Of a DNA stretch of 64,000 nucleotides, positions 19,063 to 30,138 are shown in pieces. The notes under the pieces are model-generated. The model made no database searches. It was not told the origin of the DNA and saw nothing but the letters and a program-made list of their open reading frames with translations. Made by a program: the position numbers and the translations under genes. Positions within the stretch are counted from its first letter, which is position 1, and every line of letters starts with the position of its first letter. Source of the stretch: Alphaproteobacteria bacterium (GTDB lineage Bacteria > Pseudomonadota > Alphaproteobacteria > Bin95); contig CAXXWS020000004.1 of the NCBI GenBank assembly GCA_963665325.3, positions 160,001 through 224,000 on the forward strand. Direction: 5' to 3'.

Positions 19063-21149
19063 GACTTCTCTCCTCCGCTGTCGGAACCGAGGACCAAGTT
19101 GCCGAAGCTGTCCACCTCGGCCGTCATGAATTCGAGAACCACCGTCGTCGATGAAGGCTCCTCGACGAGGGCGGGGCCGGCGATAGAGTCGCCCGGCGCA
19201 AGCCGGTCGCGCCGATAAACCGGGACAGGCCGCAGGCCGCCACCAGCCGGCAGCAACACCGCCCGCTCGCCGACCGGTTTCGCTCCGGACGCTTCGCTCG
19301 CCATCGCCGGCAGCGGCAGCGTTCCGACCCTGCCGACGGCATGCAGGCGCAGATTGACAAGTTCGACGGGCTCCTCCGGCACACTGTAGCTGTACAGGCG
19401 TTCATGCAGGCGGTGGAACCGCGCCGCCACGGCCCGGAACCCCTCCTGCAGCAGCTCGGCGCCGCCCTGCACCGGCACGGTTATCTCGGTCGTCTGGCCG
19501 ACATAGCGCAGGTCGAACGCATGCGACAGTTCCCGACAGTCCGAGGGAATTCCCTCGGCGTCGAGATCGGCCGCAGCGCGCCGCAGCAGAGTCTCCATGC
19601 CCGCGATGGCCTCCTCCAGGCGCATGTCCGCAACCGGCCGGAGGATGGACTGGATGTAATCGTGGGCAAAATCGGCCGTTGCGATGCCGCGCGCGGAGAA
19701 CAGGCCGGGATGGCGCGGCACGACGATGCGTCCGATCCCGAGCTCGCGTGCGACTGCGGCCGCATGCAGGGGACCGCCGCCGCCGAATGCCACCAGGGCG
19801 TAGTCGCGCGGGTCGCTGCCCCGTTCCGTCGTCACGGTGCGAATGGCTTCGGCGATCTGGCTGGTGGCGACCCGGAACACGCCGGCCGCCGCAGCGAAGA
19901 GGTCTACGGAGAGCGGCGCGGCCACTTCGCGCTCAACGACCGCCTCGGCGCGGGAACGGTCGAGCGGCACTTCGCCATTGGCGAAGCCGTCGGGCTCAAT
20001 CAGACCCATCAACAGATTGATGTCGGTCAGGGTCGCCCGGTCCCCGCCCAGGCCGTAGCAGGCGGGACCGGGCCGCGCGCCCATGCTCTCCGGCCCGATC
20101 CCGATCCGGCCGACTTCGTCAACGCGCACGACACTGCCGCCGCCGGCGCCAATGGTATGGACGTCCAGCATCGGGATGGCGATCGGAAACATGTCGATCT
20201 CGCGCGTCGTCGCGGTTTCCGCGACCGAACCGCTAATCAGGCAGGTGTCCAGCGACGTGCCGCCGATATCCATGGTGATCAGGTCCCGGTAACCGGCGCG
20301 GCCACAGATTTCCGCGGCGCCGACAACGGCCCCCGCGGGACCCGACAACATGGTGAGCGCCGGGTTGCGCATGACAATCTCTGGCGTGGCCACGCCGCCG
20401 CTCGACTGGAAGACATATAGGGGGCGGGCAATGCCGCGCTCCGCCAACCGGGCAAGCAGTCCGGATATATAGGCCCGCAGCACCGGCGCGACATAGGCCG
20501 CAAACACGGTTGTGGAGGTTCGTGGAAACTCCCGGAACTCCCGCAGGACTTCGCTGGACAGCACGATGTCGAGCCCAGGAAGAGCGGCGCGGAGGCGTTC
20601 GCCCACCTGTTCCTCGTGCACCGGGTTGAGAAAGGAGAACAGGAAACATACCGCGACGCTTTCCACTCCTTCGTCGGCGATCGCGGCGATCGCCGCCTCT
20701 AGTTCCGGGCCATCGAGCTCGGTGACAACCTCGCCTTGCCGGTCGATACGGCAGGCGACGCCGAGGCGCAGATGGCGCGGCACCAGCGGCGGGGGCTTGT
20801 CCCGGTGGATGCGGTAGATCAGTTCCGCCGGGCGCGCAAAGCGCCCGATTTCGAGAATGTCCCGGAAGTTCCGGTTGGTAATCAGGGCCGTCTTCGCGCC
20901 CTTGCGCTCGAGCACCGCATTGGTCGCGATCGTGGTGCCGTGGCTGATCCAGCCTATCTCGCCGGCCGTTACGCCCGTGCGGTCGAGCAGGCCCGAAACG
21001 GCGTCTGCAACGGTTTCAGCCCGGTCGTCCCGCCGGTTCAGCACCTTGGAGACCGACACGTCCCCGGTGGCATTGTCGACCAAGACGACATCCGTGAAGG
21101 TACCGCCCACATCGATGCCTATTCTGAAGCGGGCAGGCGATTCACTCAC
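19059..21149 (-). CDS. Hydantoinase A/oxoprolinase family protein
   Basis: GIDVGGTFTD, HGTTIATN, SGPAG, DIGGTSLD, IGAGGGS, FGGGGPLH. Confidence 0.93.
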   Translation of the reverse strand: MSESPARFRIGIDVGGTFTDVVLVDNATGDVSVSKVLNRRDDRAETVADAVSGLLDRTGVTAGEIGWISHGTTIATNAVLERKGAKTALITNRNFRDILEIGRFARPAELIYRIHRDKPPPLVPRHLRLGVACRIDRQGEVVTELDGPELEAAIAAIADEGVESVAVCFLFSFLNPVHEEQVGERLRAALPGLDIVLSSEVLREFREFPRTSTTVFAAYVAPVLRAYISGLLARLAERGIARPLYVFQSSGGVATPEIVMRNPALTMLSGPAGAVVGAAEICGRAGYRDLITMDIGGTSLDTCLISGSVAETATTREIDMFPIAIPMLDVHTIGAGGGSVVRVDEVGRIGIGPESMGARPGPACYGLGGDRATLTDINLLMGLIEPDGFANGEVPLDRSRAEAVVEREVAAPLSVDLFAAAAGVFRVATSQIAEAIRTVTTERGSDPRDYALVAFGGGGPLHAAAVARELGIGRIVVPRHPGLFSARGIATADFAHDYIQSILRPVADMRLEEAIAGMETLLRRAAADLDAEGIPSDCRELSHAFDLRYVGQTTEITVPVQGGAELLQEGFRAVAARFHRLHERLYSYSVPEEPVELVNLRLHAVGRVGTLPLPAMASEASGAKPVGERAVLLPAGGGLRPVPVYRRDRLAPGDSIAGPALVEEPSSTTVVLEFMTAEVDSFGNLVLGSDSGGEKS

Positions 21150-21258
21150 GATCCGGTGCTCTTGTCATGCCGGTCGGGTTCCTCCAACGACTCATTGGTC
21201 TCGCTGCGACCTTCCAGAGCCACCTCACTTGAAAGTACCGCGCCGACGAGGCCTACGG

Positions 21259-22377
21259 TCAACCATTGCCCCTTGAATGCGCCACTGCCCGCTCGGCGAC
21301 TTGCGAGCGGTCCTCGCCGAGTTCGGGGAAGTGACAGATCGCGACGTGACCGTCGCCGATGTCAATCGGCGGGGGTCGATGTCGCACGCACACAGCTGGC
21401 AGTCGTTCACCCTGACTCTCCACGGTTTCGACGTCCGGTTTCGCCGCCTTCAACCGCGCCTTGTAACAGCGCGGGTGGAAACGGCAGCCGCTCGGCAGGT
21501 CGGTGGCGGAACCGATCTCCCCGTGCAGCACGACGCGGTCGTGGCCACGCTCCCGGTCCACCGTCGGCGCCGGGACTGCAGATAGCAGAGACACCGTATA
21601 GGGATGCATTGGCGACGCGTACAGCGCATCGCGCGGGCCGATCTCGACGATTTCACCCAGATACATCACTGCGACGCGGTTGCTGACATGGCGCACCACT
21701 GCGAGATCGTGCGCGATGAACAGGAACCCCAGGTCCGCCTGCTGCTGCAGTTCTCGTAACAGGTTGATGATCTGCGCCTGGATCGAGACGTCCAGCGCCG
21801 ATACGGGTTCATCGAGCACCAGCAATTTGGGCTGCAACGCCATCGCGCGCGCGATACCGATACGTTGACGCTGCCCGCCGGAGAATTCGTGTGGATAACG
21901 GTTGCGATGCTCGGCCTGCAAGCCGACCTGGCGCATGACCTCCAGCACGCGGTCATCGCGTGCTCCATGCCACAGGCCGTGCACAATCATCGGTTCGGCA
22001 ACGATGGAACCGACGCTCATGCGCGGATCGAGCGAGCCATAGGGGTCCTGGAAGATCATCTGCACCTGCTGGCGCATGCGCCGGATCTGGCGCTGCGAAA
22101 GCGCGGTGATGTCCTCGCCATTGAACAGGATGCGCCCGGCGCTGGGTTCTACCAGGCGCAACACCAGGCGCCCGAGCGTGCTCTTGCCGCTGCCGGTTTC
22201 GCCCACCACGCCGAGTGTTTCGCCGGCAGCGAGCGAGAACGACACCGAGTCCACCGCGCGCACGCCGGCGCCGCGAAACCGGGAGAACAAGCGGCGTTCG
22301 TGAAAGGTCTTGCTCAGCCCTTCGACGCTCAGCAACGGTTCGCCGCCCTTATTCGGGGTGTCCACCGGCGGCTTCAT
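21259..22377 (-). CDS. Oligo/dipeptide ABC ATPase (OppF/DppF-like)
   Basis: GETGSGKS, FQDPY, FSGGQRQR, HPYT, GCRFHPRC. Confidence 0.9.
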   Translation of the reverse strand: MKPPVDTPNKGGEPLLSVEGLSKTFHERRLFSRFRGAGVRAVDSVSFSLAAGETLGVVGETGSGKSTLGRLVLRLVEPSAGRILFNGEDITALSQRQIRRMRQQVQMIFQDPYGSLDPRMSVGSIVAEPMIVHGLWHGARDDRVLEVMRQVGLQAEHRNRYPHEFSGGQRQRIGIARAMALQPKLLVLDEPVSALDVSIQAQIINLLRELQQQADLGFLFIAHDLAVVRHVSNRVAVMYLGEIVEIGPRDALYASPMHPYTVSLLSAVPAPTVDRERGHDRVVLHGEIGSATDLPSGCRFHPRCYKARLKAAKPDVETVESQGERLPAVCVRHRPPPIDIGDGHVAICHFPELGEDRSQVAERAVAHSRGNG

Positions 22378-23381
22378 GCGCCGGGCTCCGCATCGAGCAG
22401 TGTCCGCCAGTGCGGACAGGCGCTGAGGTGACGGTCGCTGGTGGTCGGCGAGAGCGCCGGCCGCTCGTTCCGGCAATCCTCGCGACCGTTGCCGAGGAAA
22501 CAACGCGGCTCGAAGGCGCAGCCCGCAGGCAGTCTGGCAAGATCGGGCGGCTGCCCGGCGATGGCCGTCAATGGCTGGTCCGCGGGCAGGTCCAGGCGCG
22601 GAATGCTGCGAAAAAGCGAGCGGGTGTAGGGGTGGCGCGACTGGCCGAATCCCCGCGCCATGGGGCTTGTCTCGACCACTCGCCCGGCATACATCACCGC
22701 CACGCGGTCGGCGTATTTTGCGACCAGTCCGAGATCGTGGGTGATCAGGACCATGCCCATGCCGAGTTCGCTGCGCAGTTCCGCCAGCAGCTCGAGGATC
22801 TGGGCCTGCACGGTGACGTCGAGCGCAGTGGTCGGCTCGTCGGCAATCAACACCTTCGGACGCAATGCGATGGCCATGGCAATCAGCACCCGTTGGCGCA
22901 TGCCGCCGGAGAGCTGATGCGGGTAGTCGTCGATGCGTTGCGCAGGTGCGGGAATATGCACGCGCTCCAGCACCTCCAGGGCGCGCACCCGCGCCTGGCG
23001 GGGACCCATTCCCGTGTGCGCGCGAATCACCTCGAGCATCTGGTCGCCGATGGTGAACACCGGATTGAGAGCCGTAAGCGGGTCCTGGAACACCATTGCG
23101 ATGCCCGCCCCGCGTATCGATCGCATCGCGGACGCGGACAGGGTGGCGATATCCGTGCCCTCGAACAGCACCTCGCCGCTCGTCACCCGTCCCGGCGGCG
23201 GCACCAGGCGCAGAACGGAGAGAAAAGTCATCGTCTTGCCCGAGCCCGACTCGCCTACCACCGCCAGCGTCTCCCCGGCGCCGAGCGAAAAAGACACCTT
23301 ATCGACCGTAGTGACCGGTCCTGCCTCGCTCGGAAACACCGTGCGCAGGTCGCGCACCGCAAGGACAGCGCCATCGCTCAT
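22374..23381 (-). CDS. Oligo/dipeptide ABC ATPase (OppD/DppD-like)
   Basis: [27 protein letters not shown]. Confidence 0.92.
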   Translation of the reverse strand: MSDGAVLAVRDLRTVFPSEAGPVTTVDKVSFSLGAGETLAVVGESGSGKTMTFLSVLRLVPPPGRVTSGEVLFEGTDIATLSASAMRSIRGAGIAMVFQDPLTALNPVFTIGDQMLEVIRAHTGMGPRQARVRALEVLERVHIPAPAQRIDDYPHQLSGGMRQRVLIAMAIALRPKVLIADEPTTALDVTVQAQILELLAELRSELGMGMVLITHDLGLVAKYADRVAVMYAGRVVETSPMARGFGQSRHPYTRSLFRSIPRLDLPADQPLTAIAGQPPDLARLPAGCAFEPRCFLGNGREDCRNERPALSPTTSDRHLSACPHWRTLLDAEPGA

Positions 23382-23418
23382 GAGGGCGCGAGTCCCCGGG
23401 CGGCGACCGGCAAGGCGT

Positions 23419-24327
23419 TCACAGCATCCGCTCGCCGGTGTAACGGCGCATCTGCGGGTCCAGCGTGTCGCGCAACCCGTCGCCCAGCAGGTTCAGGGCG
23501 ATCACCGTAACCGCAATGCACAGCCCGGCGGACAACGAGATCAACGGGTTCGATGTGATGAAGCCCTGGCCGTCCGAGATGATGTTGCCCCAGGTTGCGG
23601 TCGGGGGTTGCACGCCGAGACCGAGAAAACTCAAGCCGGCTTCGGCAAGAATCGCGGTAGCCGCGCTGACTGTCGTTACCACGATGACCGGCGGCAGCGC
23701 ATTCGGCAGCACATGGCGCAGCAGCACCCGGGACGAGGACATGCCGATGGCGCGCGAGGCTTCGATGAACGGTCGCGGGCGGATGGTAATCACGACCGAG
23801 CGCATGACGGCGGCGACCCGCGGCGTATAGGCGATGGACACTGCCAGGATGACGTTCTCCAGCGACGAGCCGCGCGCGGCGACCAGGGCGAGCGCCAGCA
23901 GAAAACCGGGGAAAGCCAGCAGGATGTCGTTGCACACCATCATGATGCGCTCCACCCAGCCGCCCGCATAGCCGGCGATGGCGCCGATCGCCGAGCCGAA
24001 GGTCAGGGACAATGCAACCACTGCGAGCGCCACTTCCAGCGAGATGCGGGCGCCCCAGATCAGCCGCGAGAGAATATCGCGACCATATTGGTCGGTGCCG
24101 AGCACAAACTCCCCGGAAGGGTGCGCCAGCGTGTTCATCAGGTCCGCCTCTGTCGGCCCGTGCGGCGCGAGCCACGGCGCCGCTATCGCCACGAAAGACA
24201 GCAGGACGAGAACGAACAGGCCGAGGCTCAATCCCGGGTGGCGCAGGTATCGTCCGAGGGCCCGCCGGACGATCCGTCCTCGCGGGACCGCAGCCGCCGT
24301 CGGTTCGGGCAGCATTTCCGCGCTCAT
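23419..24327 (-). CDS. Peptide ABC permease (OppC/DppC-like)
   Basis: LGTDQYGRDILSRL, FIEASRAIG, HVLPN, LSFLGLG; ATG at 24327 coupled to the upstream stop. Confidence 0.9.
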   Translation of the reverse strand: MSAEMLPEPTAAAVPRGRIVRRALGRYLRHPGLSLGLFVLVLLSFVAIAAPWLAPHGPTEADLMNTLAHPSGEFVLGTDQYGRDILSRLIWGARISLEVALAVVALSLTFGSAIGAIAGYAGGWVERIMMVCNDILLAFPGFLLALALVAARGSSLENVILAVSIAYTPRVAAVMRSVVITIRPRPFIEASRAIGMSSSRVLLRHVLPNALPPVIVVTTVSAATAILAEAGLSFLGLGVQPPTATWGNIISDGQGFITSNPLISLSAGLCIAVTVIALNLLGDGLRDTLDPQMRRYTGERML

Positions 24328-25265
24328 GACACGCTCACCCTGGGATCCACCCAGCCGTAAACGATATCCAGCGAGGTGTTGACCAGGACCACCGCGCTTG
24401 CGAGCACGAACACGCCGGCCTGGACCAGCTGGTAGTCGCGCGCGAAGACCGCTTTCAGGATCATCGACCCGAGGCCGGGCCGGCTGAACACCGCTTCCAC
24501 GAGAATTGCGCTGCCCAATGACCACGCGAAGGTCACGCCGATAACGGCGAGCACCGGTATCAAGGCGTTACGCAGCGCAAGCCGGTAGACGATGCGCCGC
24601 TCCGGGACACCCATTGCGCGCGCAACCCGCACGAAATCCTGGCCCAGCACTTCGAGCATCGCCGAGCGGGTGAGCCGCGCAATATACGCCGCCACCGAGA
24701 AGCCGAGCACGAGCGCAGGCAACATCAGGTGATGCACCTGGGTGAAGAAATCCTGCGAGGAACTCGCGCCTAGCGCCGGAAAGAGGCGGACTTCATGGGC
24801 CAGCAGCAAAATGCACACCAGGCCGACCCAAAAGACAGGAAAGGAGATGCCAATCAGTGCGCCGAGCATGACGAACAGATCGGCGAAAGTGCCATGGCGC
24901 ACCGCCGACATCACACCCAACGGCACACCGGCCAACACCGCGATGATAATGCCGCTGACCGACAGGGCCGCCGACCACGGAATGCTCTCAAGCACCTCGT
25001 CGAACGCGGGCTGTCCGGTGACGACCGAGGTGCCCAGATCGCCGGTAAGCGCGCGCTTGACGAAGCCGAGATACTGCTCCCAGACCGGCCGGTCCAGCCC
25101 CAACTCCGCCTTCAGTGCCGCCACCGACTCTTCGGTTGCGTAGTCCCCGAGCATGTAGCTGGCCGGATCGCCGGGAATGGCGCGCAGCAAAAAAAACACC
25201 ACGGTGACCATGCCGATCACCGTGATGCTCATAAGCAGCAGTCGTCGGGCCGTGTACCTCAGCAC
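24324..25265 (-). CDS. Peptide ABC permease (OppB/DppB-like)
   Basis: PGDPA, LGLDRP, GDLGTS, ARLTRS, EAVFSRPGLG, RDY. Confidence 0.92.
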   Translation of the reverse strand: MLRYTARRLLLMSITVIGMVTVVFFLLRAIPGDPASYMLGDYATEESVAALKAELGLDRPVWEQYLGFVKRALTGDLGTSVVTGQPAFDEVLESIPWSAALSVSGIIIAVLAGVPLGVMSAVRHGTFADLFVMLGALIGISFPVFWVGLVCILLLAHEVRLFPALGASSSQDFFTQVHHLMLPALVLGFSVAAYIARLTRSAMLEVLGQDFVRVARAMGVPERRIVYRLALRNALIPVLAVIGVTFAWSLGSAILVEAVFSRPGLGSMILKAVFARDYQLVQAGVFVLASAVVLVNTSLDIVYGWVDPRVSVS

Positions 25266-25301
25266 GCGTCAGCACCCCTGCCCGTTCGACGGCCGGAGGG
25301 A

Positions 25302-26813
25302 CTATTCCTCCAGCGAGACGGTGTGGGCCTGGACCGTGAACAGCGAGTTCTGCACGAGGCCCTTGACCTTGCTGCTGTGCGCCAGGAAGAGCTGATCGGC
25401 GTACAGCGGAAGCACGGGGACGTCTTCCATGGTCTGGCCCATGATCTGCTGGTAGATCGCGGTCCGCTGGGCCGGGTCCTGTTCCGCGGCTGCGCTTGCC
25501 AGCAGGTCATCGGCCTTGTTGTAGCGCGACGTGTTCATGCCGGGAGGAAACGACTTGGTCGCATACAGCGAGACCAGCGGCGAGTCCGGATCGGGGGGCC
25601 CGACGATGCCGGTGATGCAGGTCATGATGTCGCCCTTGCCCCGCGCTTGCAGGTAAGCGCCCCGTTCCAGCACCGTGATCTTGGTCTTGATGCCGACTTT
25701 CTCGAGGTCGCTCGCCATTGGGATAACAAGCTCGTTGTACGGGCTGAGACCCACGGTGACGAGCTCCAGGGTAAAGCCTTCCTGTCCCGCTTCCTTCAAC
25801 AGCGCCTTGGCCTTTTCCGGATCGTGGGCGTATTGCGGCAGCTCTTCGGTGTATTCCGGGAAGGACGAGGTGATCACGCTGTGTCCCGTCGCCTTGGTCC
25901 CCTTGAAATACCCGGAAATCAGCGCTTCGCGGTTGATGCCGTATGCGATGGCCTTGCGCACCCGGATGTCGTCGAGCGGCTTGACCGACTGGTTGAGCAC
26001 CAGGTTGATGGTGTGGTTGGCGACCCGGTTAAGCACGGCGATGCCGTCCGCCTTCTTCAGACGGTCGATGACCGGCGGAGACTGCAAGGCGAAAAACACG
26101 TCGATCTCGCCGTTCTCCAGCGCGATGGCCGCCGCCGTCTCGTCCTTGATGATCCGGAACGTCACGGCGTCGAGACTCGGCGGACCGCCGAAATGGTCCT
26201 TGTTGGCGACCACGCGGACCTGGTTGCCGGGCGACCATTTGTCGAACATGAACGGCCCGGTGCCGATCGGCTGCATCGCGTATTGCTTGTCGCCGATTTC
26301 GGTCACCGCCTTGCGGGATGCGATCCAGCCCTGGTTGAAATCGGTAAGCTTGTTCAACAGGCCTGCATTGGGGGCCTCCAGAACGATCTTCACAGTAAGC
26401 GGATCCGGCGCCTCTACCGCCTTTACGCCCGCGAGCTGACCCGCGTAGCGGCTCTTGGTGTCGGGGTTCAACACGCGCTCCAGGGAAAACTTCACGTCAT
26501 CCGAAGTGAGCTGGCCGTAGCCCTTGTGGAACATGACACCGTCGCGAAGCTTGAAGGTGTACTCCGTGCCGTCGGCCGATACGCTCCAGCTTGTGGCAAG
26601 ATCGGGCAGGATCTTGTTGGTGGCCTGATCGTATTTGACCATGCCGTTATAGACGTGGCTCGCGACCGTCTGGTTCTCGATACCGAAGATCCGTGCGGGG
26701 TCCAGATTACCGACGTCGGATCCGATACGCACACGTAGTTCAGCTGCGCCTGCCGTGGTGCCGATTAGCGCGACTGACAAGGTCAGCGCTAACGCGCTGA
26801 AGATCTTTCTCAT
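25302..26813 (-). CDS. Family 5 ABC substrate-binding protein (OppA/DppA-like)
   Basis: Signal peptide MRKIFSALAL; LDP, PDLATSW, FKLRDGVMFH, PIGTGPF, RVRKAI. Confidence 0.9.
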   Translation of the reverse strand: MRKIFSALALTLSVALIGTTAGAAELRVRIGSDVGNLDPARIFGIENQTVASHVYNGMVKYDQATNKILPDLATSWSVSADGTEYTFKLRDGVMFHKGYGQLTSDDVKFSLERVLNPDTKSRYAGQLAGVKAVEAPDPLTVKIVLEAPNAGLLNKLTDFNQGWIASRKAVTEIGDKQYAMQPIGTGPFMFDKWSPGNQVRVVANKDHFGGPPSLDAVTFRIIKDETAAAIALENGEIDVFFALQSPPVIDRLKKADGIAVLNRVANHTINLVLNQSVKPLDDIRVRKAIAYGINREALISGYFKGTKATGHSVITSSFPEYTEELPQYAHDPEKAKALLKEAGQEGFTLELVTVGLSPYNELVIPMASDLEKVGIKTKITVLERGAYLQARGKGDIMTCITGIVGPPDPDSPLVSLYATKSFPPGMNTSRYNKADDLLASAAAEQDPAQRTAIYQQIMGQTMEDVPVLPLYADQLFLAHSSKVKGLVQNSLFTVQAHTVSLEE

Positions 26814-26878
26814 GTTTTCTCCCCTTTGAGGCAGTTGGACGGATGTGTTCTGCGTGTCTTCGTCCTCGAACGGCGATA

Positions 26879-27553
26879 TCAGCCGGTAGCCCGGAGCCGG
26901 GACGGGCCGGCAAGGCTGTCCAGATAGCTGACGACCGCCGCGCTGGAGACGACATCGGCATATTTCGCATCCATGTCGAACAGGTTCACGGTATGGGAAA
27001 GCTGCGCGCGATCGGCCACGCAATCCTCCGGCACGATGGTCCTGAAACCGCCCGATACCGAATCGCACACTGTCGCGCGTATGCACCCGCTGGTGGAATT
27101 GCCGACGACAACCGTGGTGTCCACGCCGACCCCGGTCAGCATCGATTGCAGGTTCGTGCCATAGAAGGCGCTCGGGAACTTCTTGACCATCAGATGATCG
27201 GACTCCAGCACCGGCAGGCGCGGGTCGATGTCCACCAGCGGCGATCCGTAGAGGAAGTCCTGCACCAGCCGCGCCTTCTTTCCGAACATGCCGGCGTCGG
27301 AAAGGTCCGCATGGTAGGCCACGGTCGTGAAGATTACCGGCGCCCCGACGCGGCGGGCTGCATCGAGTATGGCCGCGATGCACGGAATATGCGTATCCAT
27401 GTCGATATACATCTTGCCGGGCTCGGTTATGCCGCGGCACATGTCGATGACCAGTATGGCCGGCCGGCTCCCGAAGCCGGTGCGGTCGCTGAACCCAATA
27501 TTGTCGTAATGGGATTGCTGGGTTTCCATTCCCTTTGTCGCGACTTCGTCCAT
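26879..27553 (-). CDS. Isochorismatase-family cysteine amidohydrolase (N-carbamoylsarcosine amidase/maleamate amidohydrolase-like)
   Basis: GFGSRPAILVID, KKFPSAFYGT, STSGCIRAT (Asp-Lys-Cys triad), NLFDMDAKYADV. Confidence 0.85.
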   Translation of the reverse strand: MDEVATKGMETQQSHYDNIGFSDRTGFGSRPAILVIDMCRGITEPGKMYIDMDTHIPCIAAILDAARRVGAPVIFTTVAYHADLSDAGMFGKKARLVQDFLYGSPLVDIDPRLPVLESDHLMVKKFPSAFYGTNLQSMLTGVGVDTTVVVGNSTSGCIRATVCDSVSGGFRTIVPEDCVADRAQLSHTVNLFDMDAKYADVVSSAAVVSYLDSLAGPSRLRATG

Positions 27554-27822
27554 CTTTTTCCTCCAGCGCCGAGAAATCTGCCTGTCCAAACGTATGTTCG
27601 ATGCGATTAGAGCACGGCGTTCGCTGCCGCTTTGGCGACCGTTGCGACGCGCTCGAAGCGCTTTGGACCGGGGATTGACCGAAACCGATCAAGTGCATGC
27701 GGGAACCTCCGAGTCAAGCAGCGGTCCAGATGCGAGCGCCCGATCCCGGGGTGTATGTTGCGCCCGGTCCGTCGATAAGGCGGTCTCGGTAGGACCGGGA
27801 CCGGAAGAGCCGGAGGAACCGC

Positions 27823-29298
27823 ATGCTCCAGCCCGTTTCCCGTGACAGCGGCGCCGCACCGCGGGGCAGTTACGATCCGGCGCACCATCCGCGCCTGTCG
27901 TTTACCGGCGCGGTCGGGACATTTCACGATGGCAGCGACACGCCGCGCGCGTTCCTGGAGCGCTGCCTTGAGGCATATTACGCAAATGAGGCGGAGGTGC
28001 GCGCCTTCGCCCACATCGATATCGAGGGCGCCCGGCGCGCGGCCGATCTGTCAACGGGGCGGTATCGCGAGGGCCGGCCCCTGTCGCCGGTCGACGGTTG
28101 CCCGGTGGCCTTCAAGGACACGCTCGAGACTGCCGATATGCCCACCCAGCAAAACAGCGCGCTGTTTGCGGGCTGGATTGGCAAGCGCGATGCCGCATGC
28201 GTGTGGGCGTTACGCAAGGAGGGGGCGATCATCCTGGGCAAGACCCAGGTGCCGGAACTGGCCCTCGGACAACCGCCGCCGACGCGCAACTTCTTCGACG
28301 TCCGGCGCACGGCAGGAGGGTCGTCGAGCGGTTCCGGCGCTGCGGTAGGGGCAGGGATGGTGCCCGTAGCCATCGGCAACCAGACCATGGGCTCGTTGAT
28401 CCGCCCTGCCTCGTTCAATGCCAATTACGGCTTCAAGCCCAGTTGGGGCGCATTGAACATCGGGGGCATGCATCCCCTCGCGCCCAGTCTGGACCACATC
28501 GGCCCGATGGCGGCCACCCTCGCCGACATGTGGCTCGTGGCGCAGCGTATCTCGTTCGTTGCGGGCGGGCACAACGGACATCCCGGACTTGTCGGCGGTC
28601 CCTCGCTGCCGCCGCCGGTGAGGCCCAGGCGCCTGGTACATTTGAAGACGCTCGGCTGGTCCCAGACCGACGACACGACCCGTGCAGCCTTCGAGGGCGT
28701 GAAACATCAGCTTCTGGATGCAGGAGTCGCGATCGTCGATGCATCGACAAGCAACGCGGTCGCCGAACTCGAACGCATGCTGCTCCCGTGCGATGACATC
28801 GCCACCGCGATCTGCATGTACGAGCTGCGCTGGCCGGTAGCAGCCTACGCGCAGACCCATGGCGCCGGAATCCTGGGCGATGCGGTGCGCGCCCGGCTCG
28901 AAATCGGCCTTCGCATGACACCGGACGATTATCGCAAGGCGCTGCAACAGCGTGACGCGATTCGACGCCAGGTGCTGGAGGCAGCCGGCGATGCCGATGG
29001 TTTCATCACGCTCGCGTCGTCCGGACCGGCGCCGCTGCTCGAACCCGTCGACGCGCCGGCGCCGGCGCACGGCGAAGACGGCAGCGATGACGGGCAAGAG
29101 CCGTCCGGCGGCGGCGCCACGGCACATCTGGCGACGGGCAGTCGCAGTTTTCTCAGCCCCTGGTCAATGGTGGGGGGGCCGAGCCTGTCATTGCCATGGA
29201 TGGCAGTCGACGGCATGCCGCTGGGCCTTCAGCTGATGGGCAAGACCGACACCGATTTCAGGCTCGTCGGCATCGCCCGCTGGGCCGACGGCGCTTGA
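27823..29298 (+). CDS. Amidase signature family protein
   Basis: FKD, GGSSSGS, GNQTMGSLIRPA. Confidence 0.88.
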   Translation: MLQPVSRDSGAAPRGSYDPAHHPRLSFTGAVGTFHDGSDTPRAFLERCLEAYYANEAEVRAFAHIDIEGARRAADLSTGRYREGRPLSPVDGCPVAFKDTLETADMPTQQNSALFAGWIGKRDAACVWALRKEGAIILGKTQVPELALGQPPPTRNFFDVRRTAGGSSSGSGAAVGAGMVPVAIGNQTMGSLIRPASFNANYGFKPSWGALNIGGMHPLAPSLDHIGPMAATLADMWLVAQRISFVAGGHNGHPGLVGGPSLPPPVRPRRLVHLKTLGWSQTDDTTRAAFEGVKHQLLDAGVAIVDASTSNAVAELERMLLPCDDIATAICMYELRWPVAAYAQTHGAGILGDAVRARLEIGLRMTPDDYRKALQQRDAIRRQVLEAAGDADGFITLASSGPAPLLEPVDAPAPAHGEDGSDDGQEPSGGGATAHLATGSRSFLSPWSMVGGPSLSLPWMAVDGMPLGLQLMGKTDTDFRLVGIARWADGA

Positions 29299-29621
29299 GG
29301 CAATCGGGGTTGCGAGTCGGTGCATGTCGGATGCATCCGACTTCAGCGCCGCGACCGGCGCGTCCACCGTAGAGCTGCCCGTGTCACGCGTGACCGATAG
29401 GCTTGTCATCCGGCACCACCCCCGGTTCACGACGATCGGGCCGAGCGACGGTGGGGAGAGATTCTTCATGAGTGGCAAAAGTCGCAAACCGGCGGCGCCG
29501 GCATAAGCATCCACGTTTGCCCCGGAGAACGGGCAACAGGTGACGAGGTCAAGTAGACCCATCAACCCGAAGGTTTGACTTCGCATAGAAACCATACAGC
29601 GAACTCACCAAGCGCAGTCTC

Positions 29622-30138
29622 AGAGCGTGATGATTTCATACGGAAGCGTATCCAGCGTTCTGGATGTAGTTGGCACATTCTTGGGGTGAGAAGCGGTCGA
29701 GGAGGGTGCCGATACGCTGCCATGTGGTTTCGGTGGTTCGTTCGGCGACGTCTCGCAACAGATGTTTGAGTTTGGCGAAGACCTGCTCGATCAGGTTCAG
29801 GTCGGGACTGTATGGCGGCAGGAACAGCAAGTGGTTCACCGGCATTTCGGATGGCCTTTCTGACGGTTGCGTTTTTTGTGGCTGGCAAGATTGTCCATAA
29901 CGACCACATCGCTTGGGGCCAGCGTTGGGACGAGGAAGTGTTCGACATAGGTTTGGAAGGCCTTGGCGTTGACCGGTCCGTCGAGGACGCAAGGCGCGTC
30001 GATCCGGTCGACGCGCAGTGCGGCGATGAAGGTCATGGTGCGCCAGCGGCCGTGCGGCGCGCCCCCGATCAGGCGTTTGCCCTTCGGCGCCCAGCCGCGC
30101 AGCGGAGCCATGTTGGTTTTGGCCCAGGTCTCGTCGAT
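29622..30138 (-). mobile_element. IS630-family remnant (3' half of a frameshifted transposase)
   Basis: IDETWAKTNMAPLRGWAPKG, VMDNLASHK and FLPPYSPDLNLIEQVF lie in different frames. Confidence 0.85.
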
